From: Octopus sinensis
Taxonomy: Eukaryota
NCBI RefSeq assembly: GCF_006345805.1
Contig: NW_021825263.1
Location: forward strand, 1-16,183
DNA length: 16,183 nucleotides
Reading direction: 5' to 3'
Shown: positions 1-9,119 of the stretch, one piece after another
Position numbering within the stretch: the first letter of the stretch is position 1
Layout: each line of letters begins with the position of its first letter
Notes under the pieces: model-generated
The model's input: the letters and a program-made list of their open reading frames with translations, nothing else
What the model was told of the DNA's origin: nothing
The model's database searches: none
Made by a program: the position numbers and the translations under genes

Positions 1-834
1 TAAATACTGGACTAAACTAAATGCAAAAGAAATAGACAAAGAAAAATCCCAGCAATGGTTGAGAAGCTTAGGACTCAAAGCAGAGACAGAGGGATTTTTA
101 ATTGCAGCACAAGACCAAAGCCTCCCCACCAGAAATTACCAAAAACATGTAATGAAAAGAAATATAACAAGTAACTGCAGAATATGTGGAGATGGACAAG
201 AAACAATAAATCATATTATCTCTGGCTGCCCAGTCCTGGCTAAGAAGGAATATATTCACAGACACGACAGAGTTGGGACCTACATACACTGGAGGCTATG
301 TCAACATTATGGAATAACAACGGAAAAAAGATGGTATAGGCACATACCAGAAAAGGTCACAGAAAACGAGAAAGCGACCATACTCTGGGATATGCCGATA
401 CACACAGATAGAGAAATTAAGGCCAACATACCAGATATAGTTGTCAGAGATCATGAAGAAAAAAATGCTTTCTAATTGATGTATCAATACCGGCAGATGA
501 CAACGTATCTCTAAAAGAAATGGAGAAACTTTCAAAATACAAAGACCTGGAAATAGAGGTAACTAGAATGTGGAATCTAAAAACAGAAACAATTCCTATC
601 ATAGTAGGTGCATCAGGCATGATAAAAAAATATTCAGACAAATACATAACAAAAACACCAGGACTTACAAACACATAACATACAGAAAATTGCACTACTA
701 GGCACTGCACACATCCTACGTAGAACACTTCCATACAATAACCATCAGAGCATCACAACAAATCACAGCACATACCCAAGGCACACAGAGCTGCACTCGG
801 TAGTGAGTGAAAGCACACTATAAAAATAAAACTA

Positions 835-837
<3 letters not shown>
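1..837 (+). mobile_element. R4/Dong-type RLE non-LTR retrotransposon, 3' part (CCHC zinc knuckle, RLE endonuclease, 3' UTR); runs off the left edge; frameshifted
   Basis: The translation shows WLRSLGLKAETEGFLIAAQDQSL, CRICGDGQETINHIISGC (CCHC), HRHDRV, ILWD and PDIVVRD. After a -1 shift at the A-run near 459-465 it continues FLIDVSIP...KEMEKLSKYKDLEIEV.RMW...IPIIVGA, and after another shift IQKIALLGTAHILR. It ends ACTACTG (831-837) immediately before (AAT)n and is near-identical to 12608-13440. Confidence 0.92.

Positions 838-915
<78 letters not shown>
838..915 (+). repeat. (AAT)n microsatellite, target/tail of the R4/Dong copy
   Basis: Perfect AAT run directly visible. Confidence 0.97.
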
Positions 916-1049
916 TTTGAGCGGGATGGGCTACTCAACCTGAAGAAAATTCTAACTGGGCCCCACCTGCAAGGTCATGTGCTGTTTATCTTGATATGAG
1001 ATCACCATGTCGCGCACATATGGTTGTGATGCATGTGCCTGGTGTACCC
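915..1049 (+). mobile_element. 555-bp element copy A (internal segment only, fused to copy B)
   Basis: TTTTGAGCGGGATGGG...GCCTGGTGTACCC matches the internal parts of copy B (~1381-1515) and copy C (~1949-2083). Confidence 0.88.
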
Positions 1050-1602
1050 ATGCCCTAATGCAGTACCAGGCAGTGGCTCTCATGGCATCTGATCTTAACT
1101 GATTGGAAGTGTCATCATGTACATTGTTTTTGTTTTTGGTATAAAAGTTGGGCTACACAAATATTCTGCTCAATACCACAGATTTGCTTGTCAGTTGTTG
1201 ACCATAAACAGTTGAGCATGTCCCTTAGTGGCTGACGATATGTGCATCTCTGATCACGAGGCAGAAGTAGTGGGGGAGCATCATAGCCATGTGTTGAGAG
1301 GGTCTTTGGGGTTTGAATAATTCACCTCTGGAACATGGGTAGTTCTTTCAACATCCTTAAACAACCCTTATTCAGGGACCTGTTGAGCGGGATGGGCTAC
1401 TCAGCCTGAAGAAAATTCTAACTGGGCCCCACCTGCAAGGTCATGTGCTGTTTATCTTGATATGACATCACCATGTCGTGCACATATGGTTGTGATGCAT
1501 GTGTCTGGTGTACCCTATCAGACGGGTAGTCATTATGGGTATATTGGGCTTCGTATATTTTACCCCAGTGTCACTTTGATGGCATGAACTGCTCTCTCAC
1601 TC
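1050..1602 (+). mobile_element. 555-bp non-coding SINE-like element, copy B (apparently full length)
   Basis: Starts ATGCCCTAATGCAGTACCAGGCAGTGG and ends CTCTCTCACTC followed by (AAT)n. Colinear with copies C and E. Confidence 0.88.
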
Positions 1603-1616
1603 AATAATAATAATAA

Positions 1617-2172
1617 ATGCCCCGATGCAGTATCAGACAGTGACTCTCATGGCTTCTGATCTTAACTGAGTGGAAGTGTTATCATGTACATTATTTTGTC
1701 TTGGTATAAAAGATGGACTACAGCAAATATTCTGCTCAATACCACAGATTTGCTTGTCAGTTGTTTGACCATAATCAGTTGAGCATGTCCCTTAGTAGCT
1801 GACGATATGTGCATCTCTGACCATAAGCAGAAGTAGTGGGGGAGAATCATAGCCGTGTGTTGAAAGGAATTCCTGGAGGTTTGGATAATTTACCTTTGGA
1901 AACGTGGGCGGTTCGTTCAACATCTTTAAACAATCCTTATTCAGGGACCTTTTGAGCGGGATGGGCTACTCGACCAGAAGAAAATTCTAACTGGGCCCCA
2001 CCTGCAAGGTCATGCGCTGTTTATCTTGATATGAGATCACCATGTCGCGCACATGTGGTTGTGATGCATGTGCCTGGTGTACCCTTATCAGACGGGTAGT
2101 CATGATGGGTATACTGGGTTTCGTATATTTTACCCCAGTGTCACTTTGATGGCATGCACTGGTCTCTCACTC
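1617..2172 (+). mobile_element. 555-bp non-coding SINE-like element, copy C (apparently full length)
   Basis: Starts ATGCCCCGATGCAGTATCAG, the same 5' end as copy B, and ends CTCTCACTC. Flanked by (AAT)n at 1603-1616 and 2173-2290. Confidence 0.88.
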
Positions 2173-2209
<37 letters not shown>

Positions 2210-2229
2210 TAATAATAATAATAATAATG

Positions 2230-2290
<61 letters not shown>
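2173..2290 (+). repeat. (AAT)n microsatellite
   Basis: Near-perfect AAT run. Confidence 0.97.
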
Positions 2291-2292
<2 letters not shown>

Positions 2293-2672
2293 GTTTTATT
2301 GGTCACAAGGGCCGCAAAAATACTTGTGGATAATACAAGGGACAAAAAACTGGATTACCATAGAGACGTCCAAACAGTAAATACAATTACAATTTGCAAA
2401 AAAAGAAAAAATCTTAACAGACAAAATCCCCATTAAGTGGGGAAAGCATCTATCCAAAGGTAACCAAAATACTCTACAGAACCCGAACCACGTTACTCAA
2501 TGGGAGTACTGCCCAGCATACAGATGTCAGTTTAGGGTTGGTTTATTTACTCGGGTTATTCTCGTCACATTCGCCCACCTTTTAATATATCTGCTGAAAG
2601 GAAACACCTCCCTCTTAACTCTCACCTTCCTTTTCAAATGGAATTTAGGAAAAAATCGATGAATCCTTGGCC
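2291..2672 (-). mobile_element. Probable L1/Tx1-like LINE 3' end (ORF2 C-terminus plus 3' UTR), 5'-truncated
   Basis: Minus frame 2646-2527 reads KFHLKRKVRVKREVFPFSRYIKRWANVTRITRVNKPTLN*, resembling the F..RW C-terminus of Tx1-type ORF2. It is followed by a ~230-nt T-rich UTR, AATAAA (plus 2295-2300) and the TTA run. The family call is from recall, not a search. Confidence 0.5.
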
Positions 2673-2700
2673 AACATCCGTGGCGTTTATAGAATAACAT

Positions 2701-2745
2701 TTCAGGGTGTTACGGTGATAACAGTATCACCCGTAACACCCTGAA
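2701..2745. repeat. Near-perfect inverted repeat (20-bp arms, 1-nt bulge, 4-nt loop)
   Basis: TTCAGGGTGTTACGGTGATA-acag-TATCAC(C)CGTAACACCCTGAA. Confidence 0.9.
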
Positions 2746-2978
2746 CGTAATGCCATTTAAAATATTAATTTATAGCTCCATTAATTTGATTTGACCCTAA
2801 ATTGAAGATCTGTCTCAAGGTAAGTCTCCTGCTGTACAAGTAAGGTAGGTCTGGTCGTTATTCAATCACTTTGGCAAGGATTAAGATAAAGTAATGCTAC
2901 AGTGTCAACAGATTTGTTGGTAAGTCATTATAGAGCGAGCCTGAGAAGGTAGGATACAGTAAAAGAATGCATAAAATA

Positions 2979-3051
2979 CGGAGAGAGAGTGATAGATAAA
3001 GAGAGAGAAAGAAGGAGTAAGAGAGGGGGAGAGAAGGTAGAGAGAGGAAAG

Positions 3052-3086
<35 letters not shown>

Positions 3087-3098
3087 CGGAGACAGAGA
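2979..3098 (+). repeat. (GA)n / purine-rich low-complexity tract
   Basis: GA, GAAA and GAGA repeats visible. Confidence 0.9.
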
Positions 3099-3495
3099 AT
3101 TCCCTTTCATTGAACAAAGATAGCGGGAAAACAAAGGCTGTTCCCGTTGGAACAGGAAGTAATCTTCAGTGCATTGGAAGATGGAAAATATTGAACGAAG
3201 TATGGTAGAAAGATCACTGAATCGTCAGCAGCAAAGAAGTAGTGGTGAGTGCAAAAAGAAGGTGGAAATAAGGTTGCAGAAGAGGAAAGGAGTTTATTTC
3301 AACGCCGTTTAATTGAGAGAAGGAATAGGGATGGAACGAGATTACCAGCTTTGAAAGGAATTGAAAGTGAAAAACTATGAAAAGCAGTAAAGAAACTCGA
3401 TAAAATTCTGAGCGAAAATCAAACACAAGAAAATAACAGATGTAACTTCATATATACTGTGTGGCCTCTGTTGCTGTAGTGATTCTTGGAATTAT

Positions 3496-3542
3496 AAGTA
3501 GAGCAGAAAAGGGTCAACGACCCGTTTTTTTCTGCTCTACTT
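3496..3542. repeat. Inverted repeat / hairpin (15-bp outer arm, 5-bp inner stem)
   Basis: AAGTAGAGCAGAAAA-GGGTC-aac-GACCC-gttt-TTTTCTGCTCTACTT. Confidence 0.85.
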
Positions 3543-4047
3543 GGGAAACAAACAGCACAGTAAAGATTTTGGAAGGATAAATACCATAATTGAAAAGAAC
3601 TCGGTGAAAGATAGACCTGAGAACGAGCTTCAAAGAAAGTATAACATCCTTCACAGAGGGTTACAGGATGTTAAAGAAAATATGGCTGAAAAGTTAAATC
3701 AAAATTGGATAAAAATACTCGATTCCAACACAGAATAAACCAATAAGAGCAGAAGAGGCTTTTCAGAAATAATAAAGGGCATTTTTTTTTACCGATAATT
3801 TAACAATGAACATATCGTTAGGGGAAGGAAGGGGGAAGAAGAAATGGATCTTTAGGGAAAGGAGATCCATTTTAAAAATGAAGTTGTTTACGGAAGTTTA
3901 AAAGGGAAACGAAAAATAGGTTAAGGCATACTAAAAATGAGAGAAGGCAAAGTAAAAAAAAAAGGGATGCTTTTAGATGTTATCAAACTGGACCGTATGC
4001 TGTGCAGGGATTCTAGTTTAAACATTTTCTGATGCGGCAACAGTTTT

Positions 4048-4130
4048 ATACATACATACATACATACATACAATGCATGCATACATACATACATACATAC
4101 ATACATACATACATACATACATACATACAT
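4048..4130 (+). repeat. (TACA)n microsatellite
   Basis: Directly visible. Confidence 0.95.
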
Positions 4131-4131
4131 A

Positions 4132-4270
4132 GATGTAGGCGTGGTTGTATGAAAAGAAGCCTGCTTTTCAACCACATGGTTACAGGTTCAGTTCCACTGC
4201 GTGGTACCTTGAGCAAGTATCTTCTACTACAGCTTCAGGCCAACCAAAGCCTTGTGAGTGGATTTGGTAT
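4132..4270 (+). mobile_element. Degenerate tRNA-derived SINE with CORE-like segment (5' part)
   Basis: Has a decayed A-box (GTGGTTGTATGA), a B-box-like GGTTCAGTTCC, then GGTACCTTGAGCAAGT resembling the CORE/MIR GTGACCTTGGGCAAGT motif, then CCAAAGCCTTGTGAGTGGATTTGG. Recalled as a common octopus SINE. Confidence 0.7.
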
Positions 4271-4352
4271 ATTTAAACAGGACAATTAACAAGGATTACC
4301 GAGATTAGCACATCTGCTTATTCTTTATTTCTGATGCCAGTTCTACAGCATA

Positions 4353-5820
4353 CAGTCAACTCTCGCTACTATGCCACCCTGCGGGACTGAGCCAAAGTAG
4401 CATAGTACCGAGGGTCTGTTATCTAAACACTACATAACCAAAAATTTACTGAACATACGAATAAAAATTCATAGGGTAGGAAGTAAGGCCAATAAGAAGT
4501 TCAATGCAATGGTAAAAAGAAGACATCCAAGTTTATTAAGTTCAGATTGCTTTTAGTTAATCCCGAAGCTCTCAAAAATTGTCGGCTGACGCATCTTCTT
4601 TCGGCGGATTTCATTCATTTCTTTGTCTAGCCTATCACACGCCTGCATGACGCTGGGTTTTTCCGCTGCTCTGCTGCTGCATAAACTTTCGGATTGTGCT
4701 CCATGCTCTCTGGGCATCTGCAAACGAAACGTATTCCTCTTCCACAATTACCTCGTCGTCTTCACTTTCCACCTTCATTATGCATTACCTCCTTTGCTTT
4801 TTCTTCTAGAGTGAAAGATCCTCCAGTTACGAGGCGATCGTCAGCACTGAGAAAATCAAACAGCTCAATTGTTTCGTTCTCATGTGTCTTTTCTTCGGGA
4901 GGTAAAGCTTTCCAGATCTCGAGCAGCTCAGCATCCTCTGGCTCTATTTGTATTTCCTCTTCAATAAACTTGGCTTTCGCGAAACAGTTCTTAATCGTCA
5001 ATTCACTGACCTGCTCCCATGCACGCCGAGCGACGTGCAGAGAGTCGAGCAATGTAAATTTAAACTCGTTTTCTTCGTCCATGGCTTCGAGACGGCGGGA
5101 CAGCAAGAGCTTTTTGTAATGGTGCTTAAGATTTTGTATGATTCCTTGATCCATTGGTTGGGAATTTGCTGTCGTGTTGGGCGAAAAGAAGAGCATTTGG
5201 ATGTTGTCCAAGTGGACGTCAGAAGGGTGACCAGAGAAGTTATCGAGACAGAGCAACACTTTGCGGTTTTGCTGCCCGAGTTGTCCGTCCCACGTTTGTA
5301 ACATTTCTTCAAAAATTTCTGCTGTCATCCACGCCTTCGAAGTAGCCTTGTACTTCACAGGAATCTCTTTGTTCTTAAACGCACGAGGTTGCTTGGAATT
5401 TCCGATCACCAGAAGAGGTAGCTTCTCGCTGCCGCTTAAGACAACTGGCGATTGCATTTGCATCCTTTTATTTGCGATTGGTTGTTAGTCTATGCAATTT
5501 TATTCAAAGTCCTTGAATTAAGTTGTCTATGCAGCAGAAACGCGCATCGAACATTTAAACGAAACATGCTGTATAACTGACAGTAGAAATAAAACATAAG
5601 CAAATGTACAAATAAAATGGCACTTCATCGGTTACGACGTAGTTCCCAGAGAGATTCAGCGTGACACGGTGCGTGACAAGGCTGGCCCCTTTGCAATACA
5701 GGTACAACACATTTTTGAAATACAGGTACAACTCATTTTGGTGAACTGGAACAGCGTGAAATAAAGTATATTGCTCAGGAACACAACGCACCGCCAAGAA
5801 TCAAACACACGTCCTTATGA
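4353..5820 (-). mobile_element. pogo/Tigger (Tc1/mariner superfamily) DNA transposon, internally deleted, one terminus visible; right boundary uncertain
   Basis: TA (4351-4352) is followed by CAGTCAACTCTCGCTACTATGC, a pogo/Tigger-style terminus, with a subterminal inverted copy at 4400-4414 (13/15 match to 4360-4374). The transposase remnant lies on the minus strand. Confidence 0.75.
4553..5463 (-). pseudogene. pogo/Tigger-family DDE_1 transposase, C-terminal half (TIGD/CENP-B-like), frameshifted near 4750-4765
   Basis: GSEKLPLLVIGNSKQPRAFK, KAWMTAEIF, KVLLCLDNFSGH, FFSPNTTANSQPMDQGII, AWEQVSELTIKNCFAKA, and a C-terminal KMRQPTIFESF in the next frame. There are 30 residues between the 2nd and 3rd catalytic Asp (DD30D). 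The HTH domains and first Asp (DETG) are absent. Confidence 0.9.
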
Positions 5821-5822
5821 AC

Positions 5823-6115
5823 GTGGGGCAGTATCATAGCCATTGGTTGAGAGGAATTCTTTGGGGGTTGAATAATTGACCTCTGAAAACATAGGTGTTT
5901 CGTTCATCATCCTTAAACAACTCTTATTCAGTTACCTTTTGAGCTGGATGGGCTACTCAACCAGAAGAAAATTCTAACTGGGCCCCCACCTGCAAGGTCA
6001 CGCGCTGTTTATCTTGATATGAGATCACCATGTCGCGCACATATTGTTGTGATGCATGTGCTTGACGTACCCTTATCAGACGAGCAGTCATGATGGGTAT
6101 GTTGGGCTTCCACTC
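5823..6115 (+). mobile_element. 555-bp element copy D (5'-truncated, ~50-bp subterminal deletion)
   Basis: Begins GTGGGGCAGTATCATAGCC (mid-element), is colinear to GGGCTTC (6110), then jumps to the terminal CACTC|AATAAT. Confidence 0.87.
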
Positions 6116-6159
6116 AATAATGATGATGATGATGATGATAATAATAATGATAATAAATA

Positions 6160-6229
<70 letters not shown>
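6116..6229 (+). repeat. (GAT)/(AAT)n microsatellite
   Basis: Directly visible. Confidence 0.95.
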
Positions 6230-6230
<1 letters not shown>

Positions 6231-6432
6231 GGTTCAAATTTTAGTAGTAGGTCAGCAGTTTGAGGGGAGTGGGTAAATCGATTACATCAACCCCAGTAAT
6301 CAACTGGTACTTATTTTATCGACCCCGAAAGGATGAAAGGCAAAGTGGACCTCGGTGGCATTTGAACTCAGAACGTAAAGACAGACGAAATACCGATAAG
6401 CATTTTGCCTTGCGGGCTAACGATTCTGCCCG
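6230..6432 (-). mobile_element. tRNA-derived SINE with conserved central domain (MetaSINE/Sauria-SINE-like)
   Basis: The minus strand has an A-box-like GGCAGAATCGTTAG, a B-box GAGTTCAAATGCC (plus 6357-6369), a central GCCTTTCATCCTTTCGGGGTCGATAAAATAAGTACCAG, and an (ATT)n tail. The superfamily name is from recall. Confidence 0.8.
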
Positions 6433-6433
6433 T

Positions 6434-6434
<1 letters not shown>

Positions 6435-6512
<78 letters not shown>

Positions 6513-6535
6513 TAATAATTATCGTAATGATAATG
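6435..6535 (+). repeat. (AAT)n microsatellite
   Basis: Directly visible. Confidence 0.95.
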
Positions 6536-6540
6536 AAGTA

Positions 6541-7208
6541 GAAGCCCTATTCAACAAGGGTTTTCACAAACAGTTTCATGTGACCACAACTGAAGCTGCT
6601 GGAGAATATAGGTGACAGTGGTTGAAGAAAGGCCCACTTAAAAAGGAGACAGGGAGCACTATACATAAATCGCAGGGCCAAACTTAGGCCACAAATTGGT
6701 GGATCAGTCTTAGAAATAAGCAAGCGTGTCTTTTGTGCCGCATTTGATGAAAGTATTGGCTGTATGTCCTAGACTTACCCGAAACCAGTATAAGTTGTAG
6801 CAAACATTCTGCATTGAAAGCTGTGTGAAAAGTGGAGATTAGAGAGCGGTGAGGCATGACACGACCACAAGTCACAGGGTGACTGAGTTGGAAACTTGGA
6901 AAATCCATTGGGATTTCTCAATACAAACAGACCAGATGTTGGAGCACAACAAACGGGATTTAGTGATGTAGGACAAAGTAAACCACAAGTGCTCCATAAC
7001 TGATTTAGCTTGCCCATTTGACGCATGGATAATTAAGAAGGAAAGCGAGATGTAGACGTATACATTTCTCTTTAAGACAGGATACCCGACTGTGGAGGAC
7101 GAAAAAGGTGAAGATAGTACCGATTATGATTTCGAGCAGGAAAGAAAGATATTGAGAGGGGCATAAAATGGGTAATGTCCAGTAGAGCTGAGGCAAAGAG
7201 CTCGCATC
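6541..7208 (+). pseudogene. Old, divergent R4-type RLE retrotransposon fragment (second family), many stops and indels
   Basis: Manual translation from 6541 gives KGFHKQF...QWLKKGPLKKETGSTIHKSQGQT*ATNW...LCRI*. Shifted frames give VCPRLTRNQYK, VANILH*KLCEKW, and KIHWDFSIQTDQMLEHNKRDLVM*DK...CSITDLACPFD...KKE (WDF at 6909), then RLWRTKKVKIVPIMI. The motif order is colinear with the intact copies. Confidence 0.82.
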
Positions 7209-7367
7209 TCTCTCTATCTCTATATCTCTATTTATCAATCAATCATTCAATCTATCTATCTACCTATACCCCTTTCTGCCTGTCTCTCATCTATATACTT
7301 ATCTATTGATCTCTCTCTCTCTACCCTCTTGCTGTCTCTGTCTTTCTCTCTTTCTCTGTATATATAT
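7208..7367 (+). repeat. (TC)/(TATC)/(TA) low-complexity tract
   Basis: Directly visible. Confidence 0.85.
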
Positions 7368-7520
7368 ACCTCGGGATCTTTCCTTCTCCTATGTTTCCGA
7401 CGAAGAGCTCCGCTCGAAACGTCAACCCTCCTTCTTCCCGTCTTTCCTGAGCGTCCAATAATACTTTATTTGTTCCACATCCTTGCGTTGTTGTCTTTTT
7501 GTTTTCTTGTTTGGATTAAC
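7368..7520 (+). mobile_element. Short (TA)n-flanked element, probable Penelope-like element pLTR remnant or retrozyme-like unit
   Basis: A ~150-bp pyrimidine-rich block between TA runs that contains a minimal hammerhead-like motif. Confidence 0.55.
7393..7426 (+). ncRNA. Minimal type I hammerhead ribozyme-like motif (core variant U4>C)
   Basis: C(C)GACGA (7397-7403), A, stem II GAGC-tcc-GCTC, GAAA (7416-7419), palindromic ACGT in place of stem III, and a GTC triplet (7421-7423). Stem I is only 2-3 bp. Confidence 0.55.
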
Positions 7521-7596
<76 letters not shown>

Positions 7597-7745
7597 ATAT
7601 ATATATCAAAATATCCATCTATCATTCTATTTCTCTCTCTCTCTCTCCTCTCTCTATCTATCTATCTATCTGTCTATCTACCTACCTACCTACTTATCTA
7701 TCTATCTATCTACCTATCTATCTATCTATCTATCTACCTACCTAC

Positions 7746-7793
<48 letters not shown>

Positions 7794-7830
7794 ATGTCTG
7801 TCTGTCTGTCTGTCTGTCTGTCTAGCTATC
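7521..7830 (+). repeat. Compound microsatellite (TA)n-(TC)n-(TATC)n-(TGTC)n
   Basis: Directly visible. Confidence 0.95.
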
Positions 7831-8100
7831 AATTTATTTATACGCCTCTGTATAAACTGTACAATCACACCCACTCGAATACTCCAGTACACACACATTC
7901 ACAAACATATATGCATCGTACATACATGACACCTTATATCCTTATATACATTAAGGCAGGCACATATACACATGCAATCGTGCATACAAATATATACACA
8001 TAAAAATACGCATAAACATGTATCAGACGCTGTCTTCAAGATGAGCATAAATCCATGACAATACACACACATCGAAACACACATGTGTTTAGTTGACACC

Positions 8101-8107
<7 letters not shown>

Positions 8108-8142
<35 letters not shown>

Positions 8143-8242
8143 TACACACACACAGTTATATGCATATATATATAATATATAATATATATATATATATATA
8201 TACGCGCGTGTATATATATATATATGTATATATATATGTATA

Positions 8243-8296
<54 letters not shown>

Positions 8297-8394
8297 CACA
8301 ATATACATACATATATATATATGTATATATAGACATATATACCCATATATGTGTATGTATATAAATATATATACGTAAGTATATATATATATGT

Positions 8395-8431
<37 letters not shown>

Positions 8432-8850
8432 GATATGTGCGTGTATCTATATCTATACCTATATATACGTACATACATACATACATACATACATACATAC
8501 ATACATACATGCATACATACATACATGCATGCATACATACATACATGCATACATACATACATGCATACATACATACGTACGTACAACACACATACTACCA
8601 CGCGCTGCAACATATATACATTCATGACTAAGGACAACATGGGTGATGTTAATGTGTGCATGTGCGTAATTACTTGAATGTGCGTGTGCGTGTGGTGTTG
8701 TAGTGTGCTATCACACGTATAGAAACTTCTACACATACACACACACACAAATACATATGTGTGTGTCTGTATATATGTGTCTATGAGCATATATGTATAT
8801 GTATGTGTGTGTGTTTGTGTATGTGTGTGTGTGAATATATACGCGTATAT
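8108..8850 (+). repeat. Compound microsatellite (CA)n-(TA)n-(TACA)n-(TG)n
   Basis: Directly visible. It accounts for the Y/I/V/C/M-rich ORFs. Confidence 0.93.
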
Positions 8851-9119
8851 AGGTACGCCATACACGCCATACAAAATCAATATATTCATGTAGTTTGCCA
8901 AATTATACCGGCGTTATTGTTTATGATGTGTTCGGGGGAATTTTTGATAACCCCATCTGACCTCTGAACCCACCGGTTCTGCCTAATGGAATTTCGACAT
9001 GTGCAGTTATTATATAACACCTCACCCTCATCCCATTTCATATTTACACCTCATCACGCCGAAGCCTGCTCGCCACAAAAACTTGTGCAGATCTGCACAT
9101 GAGCACAACATTGAAACGC

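Noticed and set aside
1050-1072. 5' hairpin with ATGCAGTAC loop resembling U2 snRNA stem-loop IV
   Set aside because: The match is only ~9 nt with no other U2 similarity, so an snRNA origin is unsupported.
1229-1270. CTGACGA inside the 555-nt element as a hammerhead core
   Set aside because: There is no stem II followed by GAAA. I also could not build an HDV-like fold at the element's 5' end by eye.
915-2172. Tandem satellite or CRISPR-like array interpretation of copies A-C
   Set aside because: The units are long, also dispersed elsewhere, variably truncated and separated by AAT. There is no repeat-spacer structure or cas gene, and the context is eukaryotic.
2770-2826. Possible mini-exon TTTATAG...AAG|GTAAGT
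   Set aside because: Stop codons occur in all three frames.
4694-5488. Plus-strand ORFs overlapping the transposase
   Set aside because: They are antisense shadows of the minus-strand DDE frame.
5636-5665. Possible second TIR of the pogo element
   Set aside because: Only weak similarity to the reverse complement of 4353-4375 and no terminal CTG|TA.
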